Below are positions 7,719 through 17,098 of a DNA stretch of 64,000 bases, in pieces. The position numbers and the translations under genes were made by a program. Every line of letters begins with the position of its first letter. Position 1 is the stretch's first letter. Origin of the DNA: a virus. The stretch is taken from positions 1 through 64,000 of IMG/VR virus record IMGVR_UViG_3300035156_000138, one strand, 5' to 3'. The notes under the pieces are model-generated. The model saw nothing but the letters and a program-made list of their open reading frames with translations. It did not search any database and was not told the DNA's origin.

Positions 7719-10184
7719 CTAGTTAAGTGCGATGGCCAGAATCTGGATCATCTTGATGGTTTGAGGGCTGGTAGGGCTAGCTATACGCAGCATACGGGTG
7801 AGGGCTTTGTTGTCAAACACTGCAAGCAGTGGATTACGGTCTCTAAACTTGTCAATGAGTGCACCGTTGAGGGGATTAATCGGTACATTGGCCAACAGTT
7901 TTTCAACTGCTTTCATTTCGGCCGACAGATTGAAACGACGGTTATTCTGCAGCTCACGATACAGCACGATGATTTTCTTCTCTTCGTCCGTGAGATTGTT
8001 CACCAGCCCGAACTGGTTACGCAACAGTTCACTGTTGTAGACGACCTTAATTATTTCTGTTGCTTCATCATTGTAAACAGTGTGCTGATCACGAACACGT
8101 TGACAATCGAAGGCCCAGTATTCAAGAATTCGAGGGCTATTGAGCATGACCTCAACGACCTTCTTTTCTACGTAGTCTTCAAGTGCCATAGCACCAGCCT
8201 TGAGAGCTTTTGCATGCATCGCACTGTTGTTAATGATGACGCCCTTGTCGCCCCACAGATCAATAATGTATGACGACGCTTCTGAGTCGAAACGACCGAA
8301 TGATTTTGTAGGGTCTTCCTTACCCAGTCCTACGCACACTGAGAATTCCGGATTAACCATACGTAGAACTGTGTCTTCTTTTACTTGCTTCGTGTTGATC
8401 GAACCATCGCTCAATCTAATTGCCCTGAGTAACGGCAATCCTTTCTTTGCTGGCTTGCGTTGCGTACTTGCACGAAGAGTTAAAGCTTCCCACTCCTGAC
8501 GGAAAGTGAGATCAACTACGGCCATACCTAAGCCAATGAAGAAATCAAGTTCTGCTTCACGTTCCTTCTTTTTCATGCTGGCTTTAAAGAAAAGATAGCC
8601 GTGATCGGTGCCCAACGTTTTCAATACATCATGCTTCTTAGCCCGCTCATGAATACCTTTTGCTGAGGTACTAATGACCACAATTTTTCGCATATATGGC
8701 AGCACACTGAACAGGTTTTTTGGGCGAGCATTAGTGGCTAAAACTATTGGTTCTTTATCCGTATGGTAGTAGTTGACTGGTGTTTTCGTGTCCTCTTTAT
8801 CCAGAACATACAGTCGAGTGTGATCGATACCTGCCTTACCCATCTTGTTGATGATTGGAGCAATAACATGACGCTGCAACCACTGAGTACGTTCCTTTTG
8901 TGGGTAACCCCAATCATTACAACCTGCTGTTGTCGTCACATTAGATAACTCACGCAAATACGTCTGTACCATGCCACGGTCCAGCTGTTTAGATGCCGCC
9001 ATACTTTGCAGACGCAAAGTGATGTCTTTCTTCCGAAACTCCAAGGTACCAGGGTAATTCAGCTGCATGTAATTGCTGGCCATCGTAACAAGGTCACTGA
9101 TCTTGTTAGGTGCTTTACTGCTGATGATGTATGGCAATTTCATTTCACGAGACAGCAGCTCTTTACGCATTGTCTGTGCTACAGCTATCTTCACTGAGTT
9201 CTCTGCATACGCCTGGCAAGCCGGTACGAATTTCCCTTCAATCTGTTCCATGAAACCAGCAAACAAACCATTGAGAGTCTTAATGGTGTGCTCTTGCATC
9301 GACAACGATTCACGACTGGGTGTGACCGAGATCGAATGAGGAGGTGCTTGGAAAATAATGCAATAGTTCTGACTACGGCTGGCTTTTAATTTATTAAGAT
9401 GATGTACCACATTATTGTATTCATCTGAAATAGGGCCGCTGTTAGCTACTGGGTAGATCACATTGCCGTATCTGACCATGACACGCTGAGCAGTGTCCAT
9501 GATTTCCATACACTCATCAGTGGTGATTAAGTAATTCGACACTTCAGCGTCAAAGCCCAATTTGTCAATGGCATAACCATTCAACGTCATGTTTATATCG
9601 CCATTGCGGGCAATACGTTTCACAAGACGCGTAAAGCGTTTGAAGTCGGTTGAGTTATGGATTTCAATCGATACTTGCAGACCTGTTTCGTTAGTAGGAA
9701 ACGAGACGATCGGCACAATACCAGGCTTGCCTTGGGCCGCGGCTGATGACTTGCTCAGGTTGTAGATAGTGCGTACACCATCATGATGGGACACCACTTC
9801 AAAATGATCCGTATAAGCAAATGGAGCTTTGCAACCGAGGCCAAAGCCACCAGTCTGCTGGCCATCGTTCTTCTTCGTGGAGTTACCATAGGTACCGTAG
9901 ATCGGTCCCATGTCATCACGATGAATACCTGAACCAAAGTCACGAACGATGAATTTGTTTTCGCTCAGTGTAATCTCAACTGGCTTATCGGTGATGCCGG
10001 CTTCGATGTGGGCATCCCATGCATTGCACAACACCTCGCGCACTACTGCCAGGATCTGATCGCTGTACAGAGTGCTCGACAAGATGTTGAAGAACTCAGT
10101 ACTGCTGCTAATGTCGAAGTCGATGGTTGCCGCGCCTCCGATAACAGCGTGGGTGATGTGGTCTTGTTGGTGTGCTACTTGCAT
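7719..10184 (-). CDS. rIIA-like protein with N-terminal GHKL (HATPase_c) ATPase fold
   Basis: 821 aa. N-box REVLCNAWDA, G1 box VRDFGSGI and G2 box GGFGLGCKAPFA match the GHKL signature known for T4 rIIA-family proteins. Confidence 0.75.
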   Translation of the reverse strand: MQVAHQQDHITHAVIGGAATIDFDISSSTEFFNILSSTLYSDQILAVVREVLCNAWDAHIEAGITDKPVEITLSENKFIVRDFGSGIHRDDMGPIYGTYGNSTKKNDGQQTGGFGLGCKAPFAYTDHFEVVSHHDGVRTIYNLSKSSAAAQGKPGIVPIVSFPTNETGLQVSIEIHNSTDFKRFTRLVKRIARNGDINMTLNGYAIDKLGFDAEVSNYLITTDECMEIMDTAQRVMVRYGNVIYPVANSGPISDEYNNVVHHLNKLKASRSQNYCIIFQAPPHSISVTPSRESLSMQEHTIKTLNGLFAGFMEQIEGKFVPACQAYAENSVKIAVAQTMRKELLSREMKLPYIISSKAPNKISDLVTMASNYMQLNYPGTLEFRKKDITLRLQSMAASKQLDRGMVQTYLRELSNVTTTAGCNDWGYPQKERTQWLQRHVIAPIINKMGKAGIDHTRLYVLDKEDTKTPVNYYHTDKEPIVLATNARPKNLFSVLPYMRKIVVISTSAKGIHERAKKHDVLKTLGTDHGYLFFKASMKKKEREAELDFFIGLGMAVVDLTFRQEWEALTLRASTQRKPAKKGLPLLRAIRLSDGSINTKQVKEDTVLRMVNPEFSVCVGLGKEDPTKSFGRFDSEASSYIIDLWGDKGVIINNSAMHAKALKAGAMALEDYVEKKVVEVMLNSPRILEYWAFDCQRVRDQHTVYNDEATEIIKVVYNSELLRNQFGLVNNLTDEEKKIIVLYRELQNNRRFNLSAEMKAVEKLLANVPINPLNGALIDKFRDRNPLLAVFDNKALTRMLRIASPTSPQTIKMIQILAIALN

Positions 10185-10196
10185 GGGATGTTCCTT

Positions 10197-10427
10197 TTAT
10201 TCGAGTGAGTCAGTGTTTAGATGAGGGTGAACGTAGTCGGCCGCAGCTTTATGTTGGCCGCCGACAATCACCTTGCGTTGGTACTGCATGTCGGATGGCA
10301 TGTGGATGCCTTCGGTCAAGCCAGTGAGGATTCGTGCAGGTGGGTGCAGTGGTTTAGTAGTGGTAATGGTTTTACCTGCCAGGGCGTGAGCGGCTGCCTG
10401 CATATCTTTTTGCCATTTATCGGTCAT
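10197..10427 (-). CDS. Hypothetical protein
   Basis: 76 aa with ACGGAG SD, tightly packed in the - strand operon. Confidence 0.55.
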   Translation of the reverse strand: MTDKWQKDMQAAAHALAGKTITTTKPLHPPARILTGLTEGIHMPSDMQYQRKVIVGGQHKAAADYVHPHLNTDSLE

Positions 10428-10692
10428 AATCGTCAGCTCCGTAAAAGTGCTTCTGTTCCAGCACCGTGGTTAAGTATTCTTCAAGCATTCGGACATACCC
10501 TCCTGTATCAAGCTGACGCTCAAGCCAAGGAGCAATAATGTAGCGGTGATCAAGAATGGTGTAATCGAACTCTTCGTCGTAGCCTTCTTCGGCATCTTCA
10601 AAGGCACCTCCGATTTTGTCTGGCTGGCCAGGCGAATAACGGTCAACCCTGCAGTAGCAGGGTATCCCGTTGATGGTGGTGGCAAATATCAT
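10417..10692 (-). CDS. Hypothetical acidic protein
   Basis: 91 aa. Start overlaps the upstream stop. Confidence 0.55.
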   Translation of the reverse strand: MIFATTINGIPCYCRVDRYSPGQPDKIGGAFEDAEEGYDEEFDYTILDHRYIIAPWLERQLDTGGYVRMLEEYLTTVLEQKHFYGADDYDR

Positions 10693-11753
10693 GGTAACAA
10701 TCCAGCTTTTTTCAGATCAAGTGTTACTTGGACTCGGATGTTATTTGGATGCGTGCCAGGATTGTTATAAATCCAAAGCATTGTCTGTTTCCATGATTCC
10801 AGTGTTGCGCTCGCATCGGGCTGGGGCTGGGGCTGGGGCTGGGGCTGGGGCTGGGGCGCTGCTGCAACTGGCGGGGTGCGAGCAGCATTGATGACGCGCG
10901 TGAGCCAAGGCAAGTCGGCATCTATCGAATCACCATTGATCAGCGCTCGATGGCCGTTGTACGTCAAGAGTTCCGGGGCGCATAGGAAGTCTGCAACCTC
11001 CTGCTCGGTCAGCGGCGGCAGCGCGCTCGCATCCTGTTTGACCTCGGGCGCGGCTGGCTTAGGCTGCGCATCCCGGCGCTCTATCGCAGCCAATGCGTTC
11101 TCTGCCTTGCGGTAATACGCATCGCCATTTGTGGTGGCATCGAAGCGCGCGACATCCCGAATGCTTTTCAGGGCCGCATGCGCATCGTTCACCACTGGCG
11201 CAGCTTGCACAGCCGGGGCGCGGCCCGGAATCTCTACACATTCGGATTCAATCGGTAGCTTGTTATCGGTGATGTACTTCTTGGCCGCTTCGTATGCCGG
11301 GAAAACGCGCCGAGGGTCTTGCATGACAAACATTGGCGCACCATCAATCACTGAGCGGCGCGCAACGATCCAGCGCTGGTCGGGCGCAGCTTGCACAGGT
11401 GCGCAGACTGGCGCGGCGGCAACGATATCAAATCCTTTGGAGCGGATCGAATCGACAAACGCTTTTACCGATATTGAAAATCCAGCGCCTGCAATTTTCA
11501 CTGTGCTGTCGAGCGAATCCCCGATGGCCTGAAACAGTGCATCGTAAGGATAGCCGCCAGTTTCGCCAGCAGGTTGAATAGCTGCAAAGGCTTGTTTTGT
11601 GCTTGAAGTAAGTACCAGCATGAGTTGTTCTAAAACAGCCATCTTTACTTTGGCTTTGTTTTCTGAAAATGGGACAGCCAGTGGCTTGTTAATAATCTCC
11701 ATGATGATTTCAGCAGTCTTCATGGCTACTTCTTTATAGTCTTTATTGTTCAT
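10689..11753 (-). CDS. Hypothetical protein, compositionally mosaic, with (PQ)6 linker
   Basis: 354 aa. The C-terminal two thirds are encoded by visibly GC-rich DNA and contain AAPQPQPQPQPQPQPD. Confidence 0.65.
   Translation of the reverse strand: MNNKDYKEVAMKTAEIIMEIINKPLAVPFSENKAKVKMAVLEQLMLVLTSSTKQAFAAIQPAGETGGYPYDALFQAIGDSLDSTVKIAGAGFSISVKAFVDSIRSKGFDIVAAAPVCAPVQAAPDQRWIVARRSVIDGAPMFVMQDPRRVFPAYEAAKKYITDNKLPIESECVEIPGRAPAVQAAPVVNDAHAALKSIRDVARFDATTNGDAYYRKAENALAAIERRDAQPKPAAPEVKQDASALPPLTEQEVADFLCAPELLTYNGHRALINGDSIDADLPWLTRVINAARTPPVAAAPQPQPQPQPQPQPDASATLESWKQTMLWIYNNPGTHPNNIRVQVTLDLKKAGLLP
10817..10858. repeat. Hexanucleotide microsatellite (GGGGCT)n, about 6-7 units, in-frame (PQ repeat on - strand)
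   Basis: cgggct ggggct ggggct ggggct ggggct ggggct ggggcg, read directly at 10817-10858. Confidence 0.95.
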
Positions 11754-11881
11754 GTCACCCTCGTTGTTGAAACACGTTGAAAATAATCCGTCTGCTGGCC
11801 TTTGGTGCCACGGGAAGCAGAGTAGAAAATGCTAGCCAGGATGGCTGCAATACAAATCAGGGTGTAGGTAAATTTTTTCAT
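11750..11881 (-). CDS. Small membrane protein (43 aa), not in the ORF track
   Basis: AAGGAAG SD 6 nt upstream of the ATG at 11881. Sequence MKKFTYTLICIAAILASIFYSASRGTKGQQTDYFQRVSTTRVT. The stop overlaps the next ATG (ATGA). Confidence 0.6.
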   Translation of the reverse strand: MKKFTYTLICIAAILASIFYSASRGTKGQQTDYFQRVSTTRVT

Positions 11882-11894
11882 ACTCTGCTTCCTT

Positions 11895-14591
11895 TCATGG
11901 TTTAGGTTTTGGATTGAGATAGTCGTGCTTACCCTTCATACACACAACCACGATTTCATCGGCTGTTGCGTTGTTAGGTAAGGTGATTGGATTAGCCCAA
12001 CTTGGCCAGAAGATTTCTAGTGCAGCCCCAAGCTTCACAGTAGGGTGCTGAATTTCTGGAAGCTTCTGCCATTGCATACTGAGGATGAGCTCACGATTAA
12101 CCCATTCAGCAATGTCCGGATCTTCCCGGAACAGCACATAGTTGGCATCGTGAATCATTGCACATGGCTTGATGTCTAACCGGTATGGTGATGCCCATAC
12201 CTTCTGCATGAAGTCGATCATGGATCGGCTGGTCAACATGCAGTAAGACTGACCCAGTGCATTACCGGCTGTACGACCTTCAGCTGCGGCCTGGTATGGA
12301 GTACGAGCTGCACCCCAGATTGTCTGACCCAGCAATGGTGTCCGGACACGCAAGCCAAAGGCCACAGTAACGTGACCAGTGATCGTTGCATCTTTCAACT
12401 TGCTTTGCACATACTGGTCAGAGACTACATACATCTGGTGGTAGTTGAGCTCGATGCGCTGAGCTTTCTCTTGTGGCCAACCCAGATTCTTCATCAACGT
12501 GTGATGGGTGCCCTGGTAGGTCAATGCGAAGGTTGGGATCTTCGATTCTTGACGTAGATCCTCGTGCGTCTTTTTGATGCTGTTCACTGACACAGGATCG
12601 TTCACGTCGATGTGCATTAGCTGGTCGCGGTAATAGTACGCCGCTCGCAGGCAATGACCATCGAAGCCATCGGTATAAACTTTCAGTTTGTTTGGATCCT
12701 TGGTAGTCAACGCTGAGATCATGTCTTCAAGTGAATTGAAGTCAGCACCAGCAAAGATCCAGCCAGCTGGACCCATGAAAGCTTCCTTGATCAGCTTAGC
12801 GAAGATGGACTTGGCTGGAATGTTCTGCAGGTTAGGGTCAGATGAACTGAGCCGGCCAGAGACCGTACCACCAACGTTGAAGTTCCCATGAAGCCAGACA
12901 ATACCACTGCCATCACGATCAATGGCTCGTTTGAATGCTGGTACGAACGTAGACAGGATAGTACTGACCTGACTGATACCAATCAGTGCTTCGATCAGCG
13001 CTTTGTTAGCTACGCCGATCGGATGATCGAGCAGCTTGGTCAGCGTATCTTCACCGGTGGATGGTAGACCGGTTTCCGTCGTATCTACTACCGGCAGCCC
13101 AAGCATTTTGTACAGCAGTATTTGCAGCTGCGGCCCAGAACCAGGGTTAAACACATGCTGAGGGAATGTAGCTCGATCCTTATGCTGAATTTTGTCAGGA
13201 TTCTTGGCTTTATCACGACGCTCTTCGTAGTCCTTCTGCCACAGCTGCTCTGTCTTCCAGTCTTCAAACTTGGCCACGATCGGTTGTTTACGTACAACCG
13301 CCTGGTAGGCAGCATCGATAGCAGTAAGCTTGACCTCAATCTCATCGATCTTGGTCCGACTCATTGGCATACCAGTCAGCTCGATTTGAGTGATTACTTT
13401 CTGGCTTGGCATCATAAAGTTGTGATACAGCTCCAGCTGCTGATCAGCCACCATGCGACCCCAGTACTTAGCATGAACGAAGTTGGTAGACAGGCAATCC
13501 ACACCGTTATACCGAAGCAACTCAGGAAGAGGTATCAGCTTGATATCCTTAATGTCTTCCTTGCCCCAGTTACCGGCGAACTCTTGGGCATTGGCTTTAA
13601 GGCCCAGGATATTGCCAGCCGTGCTGTTTGTAGCCAGGTAGGTGATGATCTTGGTGTCGTCAATGCCATGACCATCAAGCCGGTACATGATCTCCAGTCC
13701 TTCAAGCAGACCAGCCGTATCGTCTGGAGTCTTCATCCAAAGTGTGTAAATAATCACTTTGACGTCGTAACCAGCACTGTGCCAGATCAGACGACCCTTA
13801 TAGGACGTGAAAAACGCCTTCAGGGCCGCTCTAACCTCTGGGTTGGGTACAAACCTGCCGTGCTCTTTTCTACGCTCCTCCTGGCCTTGTACGCCAGCCA
13901 TAGCCATGGTATTCGGTCTGTAATCGCAAGCGAAAGCAACAAACCGGCCAGTATCAGGGGCAAAAGCGATCGTACCGATGCCAGCCTCGTTAAAACGCAG
14001 CGAGAAGGCTTCAATGTCGGCAGCCAACACAGGGTAGTCATGCAGAGCTTCTAAGGCCGCCTGGATCGAACTGAGGGCTTCTGGATAGATTTCCTGCTGG
14101 ATGATCCCGGTACCGGGTGCTTGATAGCCACCAGTGGCATGAGAAGCCAATGCAAACAAGCTGGCATCGAGCTTGTTAAGCAATGAGGGATCGTAGATCA
14201 GCTGGTTGTAGTTCAGGCCCAGCACAATTTGCATGTGCTCATAGCCTTTGATACTGCAGGGGAGGACGTAGCCAGCGTGAATGTCAGCCTTGGTTTGGCC
14301 AACTAGCACCTTGAAGAAGTTGCTGTCTGAGCAATAGAGATACTCAGTAGAAAGGGAGTTCAGCTCCGGAAGCAGCAACTCAAGGTATTCCTTGATATGC
14401 TTCACAGGAGCCTTCCCAAGCGAATTGTACTCCAGTGTAAAGGCGACAACGTTATTCGATGTTAAACCGTGCGCGGCTAATTTTGATACGTAGTTTTTTT
14501 GCAACTCAGCTTTCTTGAATGCCGAACCCTTCATAAGCAGGGCGACGCGATACTTGCCGCTGGGTGACGGCTCGAATATTTGATGTCGCAT
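11895..14591 (-). CDS. DNA polymerase, family A, with 3'-5' exonuclease domain
   Basis: 898 aa. ExoI LAADIEAFSL, motif A GADFNSLEDMISA, motif B RQESKIPTFALTYQG, motif C AMIHDANYV. Confidence 0.95.
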   Translation of the reverse strand: MRHQIFEPSPSGKYRVALLMKGSAFKKAELQKNYVSKLAAHGLTSNNVVAFTLEYNSLGKAPVKHIKEYLELLLPELNSLSTEYLYCSDSNFFKVLVGQTKADIHAGYVLPCSIKGYEHMQIVLGLNYNQLIYDPSLLNKLDASLFALASHATGGYQAPGTGIIQQEIYPEALSSIQAALEALHDYPVLAADIEAFSLRFNEAGIGTIAFAPDTGRFVAFACDYRPNTMAMAGVQGQEERRKEHGRFVPNPEVRAALKAFFTSYKGRLIWHSAGYDVKVIIYTLWMKTPDDTAGLLEGLEIMYRLDGHGIDDTKIITYLATNSTAGNILGLKANAQEFAGNWGKEDIKDIKLIPLPELLRYNGVDCLSTNFVHAKYWGRMVADQQLELYHNFMMPSQKVITQIELTGMPMSRTKIDEIEVKLTAIDAAYQAVVRKQPIVAKFEDWKTEQLWQKDYEERRDKAKNPDKIQHKDRATFPQHVFNPGSGPQLQILLYKMLGLPVVDTTETGLPSTGEDTLTKLLDHPIGVANKALIEALIGISQVSTILSTFVPAFKRAIDRDGSGIVWLHGNFNVGGTVSGRLSSSDPNLQNIPAKSIFAKLIKEAFMGPAGWIFAGADFNSLEDMISALTTKDPNKLKVYTDGFDGHCLRAAYYYRDQLMHIDVNDPVSVNSIKKTHEDLRQESKIPTFALTYQGTHHTLMKNLGWPQEKAQRIELNYHQMYVVSDQYVQSKLKDATITGHVTVAFGLRVRTPLLGQTIWGAARTPYQAAAEGRTAGNALGQSYCMLTSRSMIDFMQKVWASPYRLDIKPCAMIHDANYVLFREDPDIAEWVNRELILSMQWQKLPEIQHPTVKLGAALEIFWPSWANPITLPNNATADEIVVVCMKGKHDYLNPKPKP

Positions 14592-14596
14592 GGAAA

Positions 14597-14797
14597 TTAT
14601 TCTCCGTCGTTGTCAAGATGTCCCTGGCAAGCCAGAGCGTGGAAAAAACAGCGGCCAAATTCCTCAGCCGCACGAGCATAGGGCAGATTAGACTGCACCT
14701 GTTTGCCATAGGTGACCGTAAACAATTTCTTACGGCCACCTGCCTGCTCGACCTTGAGGCCAATTTCAGGCAAGTGCAAGACATTTTTGTTGGCCAT
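14597..14797 (-). CDS. Hypothetical protein
   Basis: 66 aa with AAGGAAA SD. Confidence 0.55.
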   Translation of the reverse strand: MANKNVLHLPEIGLKVEQAGGRKKLFTVTYGKQVQSNLPYARAAEEFGRCFFHALACQGHLDNDGE

Positions 14798-14809
14798 TAT
14801 GTTTCCTTT

Positions 14810-15340
14810 CTACGTGGTTACCAGGTCAAGGATCATTCGTTTTTTGAGCAACATGATCCAGTTAGCATGAGCAGCCTTGAATTCAGCAATTTTTTCATCA
14901 CTGAGTTCACGAGGGAAGATTTCACCTTCACCCCAGGGCACTAGGTTTATAGCTCGATGAACACAGTCAGGGAGCAACAAGCGATAGTCCTCTACACTAT
15001 TACTGGCATTGAGGACTTTGTTGAAGAAGCCGTTCACAAATGGCATCTCGTTGTACTCAATGTTTTGTTTGTCGTCTAACCACTTATCCATGACCGGTTG
15101 AAGATCGGCCATGAGACGTTGATTCTTGTAACGTAGTGGATTGGACTCAAAACAGTAGTACTCACCCTTGTAGCTGAATGAGTTGTGAGAGTACCGGCAC
15201 AGCACCATGTTCTTAGTGCTGATTTCCTGTAGCTTGGTCTGTTCACGACGCTTAGTGTTGGCGTACATGACATGCTCAAGATTGACCTTGATGATCTGCT
15301 TAGTTACAGGACTAAGACGGGGTGATGTGCTGGTGTTCAT
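14810..15340 (-). CDS. Hypothetical protein
   Basis: 176 aa, operon packing. Confidence 0.6.
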   Translation of the reverse strand: MNTSTSPRLSPVTKQIIKVNLEHVMYANTKRREQTKLQEISTKNMVLCRYSHNSFSYKGEYYCFESNPLRYKNQRLMADLQPVMDKWLDDKQNIEYNEMPFVNGFFNKVLNASNSVEDYRLLLPDCVHRAINLVPWGEGEIFPRELSDEKIAEFKAAHANWIMLLKKRMILDLVTT

Positions 15341-15567
15341 TAGTAAATCGCCCCCAGATATTCACCTACAATGATCACGTTGTCCATCTGAACTTTGTTG
15401 ATGATCTCAGTGATACTGTTGCAGATCTCATCGTCATTCTGTTCACTGATGTACTGCAGGATTGAATCGTTGTCATTGCCGAGTTCATCAGCAATGGATG
15501 GTTTAACTAACACCGCCATGATGCAGTCCATGTCAGTGACCATTAATAAGTACTTTGGCTTTTTCAT
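15340..15567 (-). CDS. Hypothetical acidic protein
   Basis: 75 aa. Start overlaps the helicase stop. Confidence 0.5.
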   Translation of the reverse strand: MKKPKYLLMVTDMDCIMAVLVKPSIADELGNDNDSILQYISEQNDDEICNSITEIINKVQMDNVIIVGEYLGAIY

Positions 15568-16892
15568 CCGAAATCCCCGGTAAGGTAAACGTGATATCGA
15601 GCGCGTGAGACGCCGACATACAGTAGCCGAGCGATCAAGTCACCCATGTTGCAGCGGCTTACATCATCAAGGTCGATAAACACCTTGTCGTATGTACTGC
15701 CTTGGCTTTTGTTAAGGGTTTGTGCGAACGCTGCACGTAAGTCAATCCAGCGATCTTCAATCTCACGCAGCAAGCCGATGTCATCGTGAATTTTGGCATG
15801 CTTGACACGTTCGTTCTTGGCCGCCAATGAGCGAGGGAAGAAACAACGATTCATGTAATCGAGGGTCACCCAATTTCCTACAACGTCCTTGTAGACAACT
15901 TCATCTTCGATAGTGGTGATGTACACCATCTGATCAGTTTTGATGCCGTTCTTCCCGCATTGGACGAACTTGTTGCAGACCGCATAATCACCTTCGTTGA
16001 AATGCGGTGTGCCGGAGATTTGCTTGTTGATCGCATGGTTGTAGTTCAGGACTGTTTCGTTACGCCAGGCCAGCACTTTGCTATCCCGGTGACGCCAATC
16101 AGGTCGAGTAAATTCAGCAATGATGAGGTCTTCAAAATTGCTTCGATTGGTATGCACGATGTGATGGCCGTCCGGCGTGAAGTTGGTCCAGATACCAGTA
16201 CTGACTGTCTCACGGAATTGCGTAGCCAGCTGGATGATCGGATTGCCTTCAGCCTGACGCATGACCTTTTCCAGCTTTGCTGTTTTGAAGCCAGCATTGA
16301 ATACCGGAGTGCTGCTGTACTTCACTGGCGGGAGCTGTGCAGGATCACCGATGAACATGATCTTGCAGTTGGTCGTCTTCGCAAAAATGATTGACAGCAG
16401 GTTACTGTCGATCATGCTGGCTTCATCAATGATCAGGATGTAGCCATGCTCAGGTGTATTGTCCCGAGGGATCAATTCGCTTTGACCAGTGCGAGGATCC
16501 TTAGACACACGCAAGCCAAGAAAGCTATGAATGGTCCGTACTTCCTGGCCGGTGATTTGTGCCAGTGCTTCGGCCGCCTTGTTAGTGGTGGCAGTAAGCT
16601 GTACCTGGTACTCGAACATGGATGGGTTCACGACTTTGGCCATCTTCAAATACTTTGGCATGTTGTCCATTAAGGACTTGACCAATGTGGATTTGCCAGT
16701 GCCGGCGTATCCCTGCAAGACAAGTACCTGCTCTTGTGGGCTGAGCAGGAAATTGATGAACATGTCCTTAGCCTTTTCCTGGTCCTCGCTCAGTGTGAAG
16801 GTTGCAGGTTTTGGTCCGTCTTGAGGTGTTGGTGTATCGTTGATGGAATCTTCATCGTCATTATCGAAGTCATCATGGGTATATGTGCTCAT
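15564..16892 (-). CDS. SF1 DNA helicase (RecD/Dda-like)
   Basis: 442 aa. Walker A GYAGTGKST, Walker B ILIIDEASMI, C-terminal SQGSTYDKVFIDL and YVGVSRAR. Confidence 0.9.
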   Translation of the reverse strand: MSTYTHDDFDNDDEDSINDTPTPQDGPKPATFTLSEDQEKAKDMFINFLLSPQEQVLVLQGYAGTGKSTLVKSLMDNMPKYLKMAKVVNPSMFEYQVQLTATTNKAAEALAQITGQEVRTIHSFLGLRVSKDPRTGQSELIPRDNTPEHGYILIIDEASMIDSNLLSIIFAKTTNCKIMFIGDPAQLPPVKYSSTPVFNAGFKTAKLEKVMRQAEGNPIIQLATQFRETVSTGIWTNFTPDGHHIVHTNRSNFEDLIIAEFTRPDWRHRDSKVLAWRNETVLNYNHAINKQISGTPHFNEGDYAVCNKFVQCGKNGIKTDQMVYITTIEDEVVYKDVVGNWVTLDYMNRCFFPRSLAAKNERVKHAKIHDDIGLLREIEDRWIDLRAAFAQTLNKSQGSTYDKVFIDLDDVSRCNMGDLIARLLYVGVSRARYHVYLTGDFG

Positions 16893-16898
16893 GTGTTC

Positions 16899-17096
16899 TT
16901 ATTCCTTGGTTTGAGTGGTTTCTTTACCATGCAGGTAAATTAACCAGAGATCTATTTCATCTACATTAGGGGTTACTTTTTCACCCCATTCATTTAATGT
17001 TGCACGTTCAATAGCCGCATTGCAGTACACGCAATCTAATGAACCCCATAAAAGTTTAGTAAGGCTGCCTGTGTCATTGCAATGAGCGCATTTCAT
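16899..17096 (-). CDS. Small zinc-ribbon-like protein
   Basis: 65 aa with CxxC (CAHCND) and CxxC (CVYCN). AAGGAA SD. Confidence 0.55.
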   Translation of the reverse strand: MKCAHCNDTGSLTKLLWGSLDCVYCNAAIERATLNEWGEKVTPNVDEIDLWLIYLHGKETTQTKE

Positions 17097-17098
17097 GT

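Noticed and set aside
10817-10858. (GGGGCT)n considered as a CRISPR-like or regulatory repeat
   Set aside because: The repeats are contiguous with no spacers, and they lie in-frame inside a CDS. It is a coding microsatellite.
13122-14054. 310-aa + strand ORF inside the DNA polymerase gene
   Set aside because: It is antisense to a gene with all family-A polymerase motifs and has no independent support.
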